From positions 1 through 11,912 of the forward strand of contig JBGAGQ010000115.1 of NCBI GenBank assembly GCA_044226625.1: a stretch of 11,912 nucleotides of DNA. Direction: 5' to 3'. Source of the DNA: Thermoanaerobaculia bacterium (GTDB lineage: Bacteria; Acidobacteriota; Thermoanaerobaculia; Multivoradales; UBA5704). Of the stretch, positions 1-6,580 are shown in pieces; within the stretch, counting starts at the first letter, position 1, and each line of letters starts with the position of its first letter. The notes below the pieces were generated by a model. The model saw only the letters and a program-made list of their open reading frames with translations. It was not told the origin of the DNA and searched no databases. Position numbers and translations under genes: made by a program.

Positions 1-641
1 TCGCCGCCCCGCTCCTTCGCGTAGCGCTCGCGGTCGAGGGTCGACAGGTTGATCGACAGGAATCGGAGCCCGCCCATCTCGACCAACGCGTCGATCCGAT
101 CGCGCGTGAGGCCGGATCCGTTCGTGAGCACGGCCGGCGGAAGTCCGGCGGCGCGGATCGTCCGCACCTGCTCGACGAAGCGCTTGTCCACCGTCGGCTC
201 GTTGTAGTTGATCATGAAGATCGCCTCGATCGTGTCGCGAAACCGGGCGAGCTCCCCGACGATCCGCTCGTAGAGCGCCGTCGGCATGAAGTAGTCCTCG
301 CGCGGCGCGATCGAAACCGGGCAGAAGTAGCAGGCCTGATTGCAGATCGTGTGCGCTTCGAGCGAGACGATCCGAAGGCGAAATTCGCGCGAGGGGTCCT
401 CATCGGCGGCGAGCAGCCAACGCTCCCGCACCAGCTTTTCGCGCATGGGAGCGTTGAGCTCGTCGACGGCCAAAAGGCCCGCCGCGAGCCGCGAGACCTC
501 GGCAAATCCAGGCACGCCAGCCACGAGCTCGACACCCGTCAGCGGATGGTAGATCCGCCCGGAATCGACGTGCGCGAACGGATGTACGACGAGGCTCGCC
601 GTTTCCGGGAGAACCGCCGACGCGGACCTGGGGTCGTTCAT
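1..641 (-). CDS. Radical SAM enzyme, 3' end outside window (213 codons visible)
   Basis: Not in the ORF track; translated by hand: MNDPRSASAVLPETASLVVHPF...LRIVSLEAHTICNQACYFCPVS...FMINYNEPTVDKRF...AVLTNGSGL...LRFLSINLSTLD. CxxxCxxC at 321-344, NYNEP at the GGEP position (195-209), LTNG motif. The ATG overlaps the wzt stop codon (ATGA, 638-641). The frame is open to the window edge. Confidence 0.93.
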   Translation of the reverse strand, partial: MNDPRSASAVLPETASLVVHPFAHVDSGRIYHPLTGVELVAGVPGFAEVSRLAAGLLAVDELNAPMREKLVRERWLLAADEDPSREFRLRIVSLEAHTICNQACYFCPVSIAPREDYFMPTALYERIVGELARFRDTIEAIFMINYNEPTVDKRFVEQVRTIRAAGLPPAVLTNGSGLTRDRIDALVEMGGLRFLSINLSTLDRERYAKERGG

Positions 642-1933
642 GCGGGGAGCTCGTCGCTCGTGGCTGGGGCGGAAGGAGGCATCGGACCGCTCCATTCTAC
701 GTCCCAAGCGTGCTCGACGTTGATCAGGCCGATCCGGTATCCGGCGCTCTCGACCGCGAACGCGCCGCGAAGCAGCCGCTGGTCGTAGACGTGCAGCGAC
801 CGGTGATCGAGCAGGAAGACGTAGATCGAAAATTCTCCTTTGAGGATCGGCAGCGAGGGGATGTCGAGCCATGCCCGGTGCTGGCGCTTCCCGGTAATCG
901 GCGGCAAACCGTCCTGGTGGGTCGAAAACGAGCAAACCTCGACCCCGTCGATGCGGTTGATGCCGACCCCCAGGTGGAACCCGAGCGACGGCTCGTCGCA
1001 CGTCCACGATACTTCCAGCCGAAACGGCGAACCGGAGGCGAAGCGGCCCGGCTCGACCTCGCCCATCGCGCCCATCGCACCGTGAAGCCGCACGCCCGTG
1101 AGGCGCGCCGGGCCCGCCGCGGGCGATTCGCTCGGCGCGACCGCGAGGGGAGAATCGGAGGTCCTTACCGAGACGGATTCGGCCGCCGGAGCCGCTGCGC
1201 CGCTTTTCGCCACCAGAAAATTCTCGTAGGCGTGGATCACGTCGAGCACCGGCCCGAGCGCGCGCTGACGGCCGTTCTGCAGCCAGAGCGCCTGCTGGCA
1301 GAAGGCCGAGACGTAGTACATCGCGTGCGAGCAGAAGAGCAGCGTGCCACCGGCCGAAACGAACCGCTCGAGCCGGTCCATGCATTTCTTCTGGAAATAG
1401 CCGTCGCCCACGGAGAGCGCCTCATCGATGATCAACACGTCCGGCTCGACCTGCGTCGCGATCGCGAATCCAAGGCGCATCGCCATGCCGGTCGAATAGA
1501 CCTTGACCGGCTGGTCGATGAAGTCTCCGAGCTCGGCGAATTCGAGAATCGCGGGTGTCTTCTCCCGCACTTCGCTCTCCGAGAGGCCCAGCATGGCGGC
1601 GTTCAGGACGATGTTCTGGCGGCCGGTGAACTCCGGGTGAAAGCCGGAGCCGAGCTCCAGGATCGAGGCGATCTTTCCCCGCACCTCGGCCCTGCCCGCG
1701 CTCGGCAGGGAGATTCCGGCGAGAATCTTGAGGAGGGTCGATTTCCCCGCTCCGTTCTCTCCCACGATCGCGAGCCCTTGGCCGCGCGGAAGGTCGAACG
1801 AAACGCCGTCGAGCGCTCGAAATTCTCGATGCCGCGGTCGGACTCCAAGGGGCACGAGCAGACGATGCCACGGCTGGGCATAGACCCGGTACACCTTCTC
1901 CAGATTCTCGACCTCGATTGCGGGCACCGACAT
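638..1933 (-). CDS. wzt: Polysaccharide/glycan export ABC transporter ATP-binding protein with C-terminal Wzt_C-like domain (431 aa)
   Basis: Walker A GENGAGKST, ELGSGFHPEFTGRQNI, signature YSTGM, Walker B LIIDE followed by ALSVGDGYFQKKC, H-loop CSH; all typical of Wzt/RfbB/TagH. An Ala/Pro/Ser linker is followed by a ~150-aa beta-rich C-terminal domain (LPILKGEFSIYVFL). Confidence 0.92.
   Translation of the reverse strand: MSVPAIEVENLEKVYRVYAQPWHRLLVPLGVRPRHREFRALDGVSFDLPRGQGLAIVGENGAGKSTLLKILAGISLPSAGRAEVRGKIASILELGSGFHPEFTGRQNIVLNAAMLGLSESEVREKTPAILEFAELGDFIDQPVKVYSTGMAMRLGFAIATQVEPDVLIIDEALSVGDGYFQKKCMDRLERFVSAGGTLLFCSHAMYYVSAFCQQALWLQNGRQRALGPVLDVIHAYENFLVAKSGAAAPAAESVSVRTSDSPLAVAPSESPAAGPARLTGVRLHGAMGAMGEVEPGRFASGSPFRLEVSWTCDEPSLGFHLGVGINRIDGVEVCSFSTHQDGLPPITGKRQHRAWLDIPSLPILKGEFSIYVFLLDHRSLHVYDQRLLRGAFAVESAGYRIGLINVEHAWDVEWSGPMPPSAPATSDELPA
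1061..1078. repeat. 9-bp tandem duplication (GCCCATCGC x2), in frame in wzt (AMGAMG)
   Basis: Exact direct repeat visible in the sequence. Confidence 0.7.
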
Positions 1934-1941
1934 CGGAAACG

Positions 1942-1947
1942 ATTGTA
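1942..1947 (-). promoter_or_regulatory. Candidate -10 box (TACAAT) 8 nt upstream of the wzt ATG
   Basis: Minus strand reads TAA-CGGA-TACAAT-CGTTTCCG-ATG. No Shine-Dalgarno and no recognisable -35. Confidence 0.4.
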
Positions 1948-1951
1948 TCCG

Positions 1952-2893
1952 TTACCTTCCGAAACGACGCTTTACCCAATCGCGGAGGGCGGGGCGCATC
2001 CCGATCGCGCTCCGCGCTGCGCGCGCGCGGTGATCGAGGTCGCGTAGGTACGGCAGGAGCGCGCGGAGCAGGTCTTCCGCACCGCCTCCCACGGCCCCCT
2101 CCCGATCGATCCGCGCGAGCCAACCCACGAGATGGACCGCGCGGATCACCTCACCGTGCGAAGCGAAGACGTCGCGGATGGCGCCGGGAGGTTCCTGGCC
2201 GTGGACGATCCGGCCGTCCGGATCGACGTGAGACGCCAGGAATTCGTGGCTGAAAATCGCGCCCCGCGGGTCGAGACGTTCCCAGGTGGCCTCGAGGACG
2301 TCCCGCGTCGAGGCGTAGAGGTCGACGTCCATCCAAAGCAGGGCGATCGGTTCCGTGAGCCCCGGAAGGGAATCGCGAAACCAGCCCTCGACGAAGCGCA
2401 CGCGCTCCGGTCGTCCGAACATCCGGACGTTCGCTTCGACTTCCGCCCGCGCTCCACGGAAATCGCCGGGGCGGTACCCTTCCTCTCCCCTTCCCGTCGC
2501 GTCGGGCAAGCCCGCGAACGAATCGGCCGTCACCAGCTCGCGTCCGAGGAAGCCGCAGGCGTGGCTCAGGCAGGCCGACGAGAAACCCTTGAAACAGCCG
2601 CACTCGAGAACGATGCCCGCGACGCCGGCCACATCGAGCAGGTAGAGGTGGTTCGCGATGTGGAGCAGCTCTTCCGGCGAGGTCCCGACGCCCGCGGCGT
2701 CCCCGGATTGAGGAAAACATTCCTCGATCGCGTGGAACGCCTCGTATTGTGACTTCAGGTAGTAGAGATAGCGGCGCGCTCGAGGCATCTCCCGCGCGGC
2801 AGAGATCAACCAGGCCGCGAGCTCCTCGGCACGCTCCGGGCCCGGACGCAGGCCGGCCGCCTCGGCGCGCGGGACGAGATCGGCCGGCAGCAA
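1952..2893 (-). CDS. TylF/MycF/NovP-family SAM-dependent O-methyltransferase (~313 aa; start uncertain)
   Basis: Motifs GIVLECGCFKGFS, ADSFAGLP, VRFVEGWFRDSLP, IALLWMDVDLYAST. The ORF-track start (3304) lies deep inside the upstream gene. Plausible starts are TTG 2893, CTG 2914 (CTGA overlap with the upstream stop) or ATG 2788. Confidence 0.88.
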   Translation of the reverse strand: MLPADLVPRAEAAGLRPGPERAEELAAWLISAAREMPRARRYLYYLKSQYEAFHAIEECFPQSGDAAGVGTSPEELLHIANHLYLLDVAGVAGIVLECGCFKGFSSACLSHACGFLGRELVTADSFAGLPDATGRGEEGYRPGDFRGARAEVEANVRMFGRPERVRFVEGWFRDSLPGLTEPIALLWMDVDLYASTRDVLEATWERLDPRGAIFSHEFLASHVDPDGRIVHGQEPPGAIRDVFASHGEVIRAVHLVGWLARIDREGAVGGGAEDLLRALLPYLRDLDHRARAARSAIGMRPALRDWVKRRFGR

Positions 2894-2910
2894 ACCGAGA
2901 CCGCCGCGCG

Positions 2911-5049
2911 TCAGGGCCGTCGGGCCGTGAAGAGGGCTTCGGCGAGCAGGCGGCCGCTCCGAACCTCGACCTCGATCGAGAAGGCCGCCGCGGCGCCGAT
3001 CGGATGCGCGGCAGGCCGGACGGCGCGGAGCCCCGGAGCGACCTCGAGATCCCGAAGGACTCCGAGGAGCTTGCCGTCGGGAGCGCGATAGGTCAGATCG
3101 ACCTTCGCCCCGCGGTCGGTCGGGTTGAACAGCATCACGATCGTCTGCTCGCCTCGGGTCGCCCGCAGGCCGGTGAGATTCCACACCTCGCCACTCTGGG
3201 CCGCCTCGCGCTCGGCATGGGCCGAAATCGACGATTCGATTCGCGGCAAAGCGCCCGAGGCCTCGCCGCTTTCGATCACCAAGGCGCCTGGCCCGCTCCC
3301 CCACCGGTCGGTCGAGAGAGACCTTCGCTCCGCCGGTCCGAGCTCGATCCGTTCCGCACCTCTCGCGAGAATGGCGTCCGGACCTGCGGGGATGAACCGG
3401 ACGACCAGGGCGAGGGGCCGAGCGGAGGGATTGACCAAGGCGATCGGCTGCTTGCCGAACGCTCCGAGCAGGACGCGCCGTCCGGGGACGTCTCCCGTTT
3501 GACTCGGCGCTCCGACGGGTGTCCCCGCGGCGATCCTGGGCGACGAATCCGGGGCGAAGGCACCCACGACCGAGCCGTCTTCGAAGGTCCAGGTCCGGTT
3601 GGCCACGCTTCCCGCCGAGGCGTCCGTAAACGTGGCCGGCACTCCGGCATAAATCGGAGAGGGAGCCACGAAATCCGCGTTCGGCGCCGTGAGGGTGGTC
3701 CGCTTGTGGATGTCGAGGATCGAGAAAGCCGCGCGGTAGTAGAGGTCGTTGACGAACTTGCCCATCCGGCCGCCTACCTTGTTGAAGCCGGTCGGACTGT
3801 CGCGGTAATACCAGGTCCAGTAGGTCGTCGGTACCCCGCCGATCGTCACCATCTGCGGGGGCGTGAGGTCGACCGGCACGGCCGGGTTGGTCACGTCGTA
3901 GACGAATTCACGCGCGGCACCGCCCCCGCAGACCTGATCGGACCCGAAGACCAGATAGGACGCGGTCGGGGTGCGCGAAAAGGTCACGTAGTACTGCGGA
4001 GTGCCGCCGGGCATCGCCTTGGTCCAGATGGGGCTGCCGAGCCCCGTGCAACCGTTCGCGGTCGCGATGCAGCTCGCGTCGTAGATGCGCGCCTGGGTGT
4101 CGTGGCGGGTCGCGAGGTAGTACTTGCCCGAAGAGAGATCACGCCAGAGGGCGATTCCGTAGACCGACTCCGTGGTGAGCGTTGAGAGCTTCAGGCTCGG
4201 ATTGAGCACGTCGGCGACGTTCCAGATCCAGACGCCGCGCGCCGTGCCCCGGCTCGCGGCGACGTAGGTGTCGGCCCCGTCGACGTAGCCGAACGACGTG
4301 TCCGGGCTGATCTGCCGGACCATCACCCCGGGGCAAGCCCCGCCGTTGTCCAGGCACGCGCTGTAGTCGCGCGCCCGCGTCATGTCGTAGGCGAGCAATC
4401 CCACCGTCTCCCCCGCCACGGTCGAATGTGCGTCGATGAAGGCATAGGCCCGTCCGGCGATCGTCGCGGCGTAGACCTGGTTGGCGTTCTTGTCGCCGTC
4501 CTGGTACGCGAGGCGAGGGTGGATCTTGTCGGTGCTGTCGACGATCGCGATCCCCACGCTCGGCTGTCCGACCATGGCCGCCAAATCGCTTTGCACGGCG
4601 ATGTCCGACAGCACCTGTTTGCGCTCGCCGGAAGGCCACTGGCGGAAAGTGCTCGGTCCGTCGACGGTCTTGATGAAGAGGGGCTGCTCGGGCGTCGTGC
4701 GGAGATCCCAGATCTGCATGCCGTGGGAGATCGCGGCGTACAAATACCCGCCGTCGATGTCCAACGAGAGCCAGACCGGCTCGGCGCTGCCGTAATGGTC
4801 GGCCGGATTGCCGGGAATGCTGAATTCGTTGAAATCCGTGTTGTCGCGCAGGAAGTACATCGGGCTCGTGTCGACCGGCTGGAGCGAGCCCCAAAGCGAG
4901 CTCGGGACGGGCGATGCAGGCGTCTTGCACTGCATAAAGCCGCAGCTCGCGTCCGACGCGCAGTTCTGGGCCGCGACCGGCTTCGAGGCGTCGAGCGAAA
5001 ACAGGAGCGATCCACAGACGAAGGCCCAAAGACTTGCTCGCGACTTCAT
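2911..5049 (-). CDS. Secreted surface protein, short paralogue (712 aa): signal peptide, LVIVD-like beta-propeller, partial PKD, one diverged C-terminal module
   Basis: ATG at 5049 preceded by GAGGTG. Signal peptide MKSRASLWAFVCGSLLFSLDASKPVAA|QNC. Blade-like motifs GMQIWDLRTTPEQP, GIAIVDSTDKIHP, GLLAYDMT, GVWIWNVADVLNP, FVYDVTNPAVP. Collinear with the N-terminal part of 6567..11264. Confidence 0.88.
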   Translation of the reverse strand: MKSRASLWAFVCGSLLFSLDASKPVAAQNCASDASCGFMQCKTPASPVPSSLWGSLQPVDTSPMYFLRDNTDFNEFSIPGNPADHYGSAEPVWLSLDIDGGYLYAAISHGMQIWDLRTTPEQPLFIKTVDGPSTFRQWPSGERKQVLSDIAVQSDLAAMVGQPSVGIAIVDSTDKIHPRLAYQDGDKNANQVYAATIAGRAYAFIDAHSTVAGETVGLLAYDMTRARDYSACLDNGGACPGVMVRQISPDTSFGYVDGADTYVAASRGTARGVWIWNVADVLNPSLKLSTLTTESVYGIALWRDLSSGKYYLATRHDTQARIYDASCIATANGCTGLGSPIWTKAMPGGTPQYYVTFSRTPTASYLVFGSDQVCGGGAAREFVYDVTNPAVPVDLTPPQMVTIGGVPTTYWTWYYRDSPTGFNKVGGRMGKFVNDLYYRAAFSILDIHKRTTLTAPNADFVAPSPIYAGVPATFTDASAGSVANRTWTFEDGSVVGAFAPDSSPRIAAGTPVGAPSQTGDVPGRRVLLGAFGKQPIALVNPSARPLALVVRFIPAGPDAILARGAERIELGPAERRSLSTDRWGSGPGALVIESGEASGALPRIESSISAHAEREAAQSGEVWNLTGLRATRGEQTIVMLFNPTDRGAKVDLTYRAPDGKLLGVLRDLEVAPGLRAVRPAAHPIGAAAAFSIEVEVRSGRLLAEALFTARRP

Positions 5050-5053
5050 TTCT

Positions 5054-6580
5054 TCACCTCTCGTGCGGACGCCCCGCGAGGGGCGGGCTCGGTGCGGTTC
5101 TGACGGCTCCGGGACTCGACCTTCCGATGGTACCGCGTCCTGGCGGGAACGGGAAATCGGCCGGCAATCGCAACATTTCGAACAGGACGGCGACGAGATC
5201 GCCTCGGGCTCCGGCACGGTGCGGATTGTTGAATTCCCAAACGATCCGTCCCTCCGGGGTGACCTCGAGGGCCCGGCCATTCTCCGATTCGGTGATCAGG
5301 GTATTGCCGCCGGAGAGCCGCTGGCAGGAGCCGAGGGTCTTGGAGAACAGGTCCTCTCCAGCCCGGCCTCCGTACTGCCAGAGCACCCGATCGGGCGCCG
5401 GCCCGAAGGGGTCGAGCTCAAGCACCCGCGACCGGTCTTTTCCCGCCCCCGTGTTGTCGAACACCATCAGGTGGCCGCTGGGTAGAAACGTCGGCTGATG
5501 CTGCCTGCGGTAGATGCCCGTGCGAGCCCAGACGATCTCCTCGCGCTCGGGATCGAGGATCGCGAGGGTGTCGAGCTTGAGCACCGAGATCAGCACGTTG
5601 CCCTTCCGGAGCACCGGGCTTCTCGATTCGAACCGGCCGTCCAACACCTCCAGGGTGTTGGTATGGAAGATGTCTCCCGCGGGAGGCCTCCTCGCCAGGA
5701 GACCGCGAAACCGGGACCGCTCGAACGCCCCGAGAATTGAGATCCGCCGACGCACCGCCCCGTCGGGGGCGAGCACGGTGATCATGTCCTCGAGCACCCC
5801 CTGCTTCGGATTGAGATGCGGAATCAGTTTGCCGTCGCGGTCGAGCACCCAGATCTCTCCGTCGGGCAAGATCTCGAGATCGTGGTGGATCCCGCCGCGG
5901 TGGGACCAGAGGACCCGCGACCGGGAGTCGAGTTTGACCAGCCCCTGCCCCTCGTAGATCCCGAGCAGATCACCGTTCGGGAAAAGATACGCACGACGCC
6001 AGTACTCCAGCCCCGACATCGAAGGGTCCTTCGCGAGATCCGGCCACAGGCGGCGGAGCGGATATCGCCAGGTATGGAGCGCATGTCCGTCCATGTCCAT
6101 CAACACCGCTTCGGCGGCGTGGCCGGAGAGGTAGAAGTTCACGCCTTTTTCTTCAGCGGCCGGGTCGCGGTGTATGACGACCGGAAGCTCTCGTGCGGCT
6201 CGATAACCCTGGAGGTAGGGAAGCGCCCGCAGGTTCGGTAGCGAGCGCTCGCCGGCTTCCTGGTCCGAGCGGGCTCGTCGCCACTTTCCCGCGAGCCGCC
6301 CCGCCCGGGGGCCCTTTGCGCCGGAGTCATCCGAGTCGGCGTCGTTTGAGTCCGAGAAGTCCGAATCGACATCGGTCGCGGCCGACCGCGCCTCAGCTTC
6401 GGAGCGTCGAGCGCCGTCCGAGTTTCTCGCTCGGCAGCCGCTTCCGAGAACTGCGAAAGAGAGGGCCAGCCCGAACGCTAAGGACTTGGCGAGCAGCGAA
6501 TGAAAAGAGGCCGCCGGAGTTCCCTCCGACGGCCTCTCGTGGTTCGTCAGCTCGTCGCCGTCCGCGCTACCGCGTCTCAC
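5054..6580 (-). CDS. Arylsulfate sulfotransferase (ASST family), predicted lipoprotein; start uncertain (GTG 6580, CTG 6550 or CTG 6496)
   Basis: Family motifs LMDMDG...HTW, IHHDL, DIFHTNTL, GNVLIS, RQHQP...LMVFDN, SRVLELDP, GSCQRLSGGNTLITES..GRALEVTPEGRIVWEF. Hydrophobic stretch ending in a lipobox-like LGSG|C (Cys codon 6434-6436), followed by an acidic Asp/Ser linker. Confidence 0.87.
   Translation of the reverse strand: MRRGSADGDELTNHERPSEGTPAASFHSLLAKSLAFGLALSFAVLGSGCRARNSDGARRSEAEARSAATDVDSDFSDSNDADSDDSGAKGPRAGRLAGKWRRARSDQEAGERSLPNLRALPYLQGYRAARELPVVIHRDPAAEEKGVNFYLSGHAAEAVLMDMDGHALHTWRYPLRRLWPDLAKDPSMSGLEYWRRAYLFPNGDLLGIYEGQGLVKLDSRSRVLWSHRGGIHHDLEILPDGEIWVLDRDGKLIPHLNPKQGVLEDMITVLAPDGAVRRRISILGAFERSRFRGLLARRPPAGDIFHTNTLEVLDGRFESRSPVLRKGNVLISVLKLDTLAILDPEREEIVWARTGIYRRQHQPTFLPSGHLMVFDNTGAGKDRSRVLELDPFGPAPDRVLWQYGGRAGEDLFSKTLGSCQRLSGGNTLITESENGRALEVTPEGRIVWEFNNPHRAGARGDLVAVLFEMLRLPADFPFPPGRGTIGRSSPGAVRTAPSPPLAGRPHER
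6499..6537 (-). terminator. Rho-independent terminator downstream of the large surface-protein gene
   Basis: Minus strand GAGGCCGTCGGAG-GGAA-CTCCGGCGGCCTC-TTTTCATT: 13-bp stem with one G-U, GNRA tetraloop and U tract, ~30 nt after the TAG at 6567. Confidence 0.85.

Noticed and set aside
212-788. Small ORFs 212..535, 340..552 and 351..788 as genes or RiPP precursors
   Set aside because: All overlap the radical SAM frame, which has clear motifs and a coupled start.
1061-1078. 9-bp tandem repeat in wzt as a phase-variation site
   Set aside because: Only two copies and in frame; most likely a neutral slippage duplication in a loop.
2915-3304. Arg-rich N-terminal extension of the methyltransferase ORF
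   Set aside because: An alternative frame of the short paralogue's tail, which has homology to module B of the large protein.
5127-5132. TACCAT -10-like hexamer in the ASST tail, upstream of the short paralogue
   Set aside because: Lies in coding sequence with only a weak -35 candidate (TTCCCG); cannot be distinguished from chance.
5050-5280. 77-aa N-terminal extension of the short paralogue
   Set aside because: Overlaps the conserved ASST C-terminus; ATG 5049 has a good Shine-Dalgarno and starts the signal peptide.
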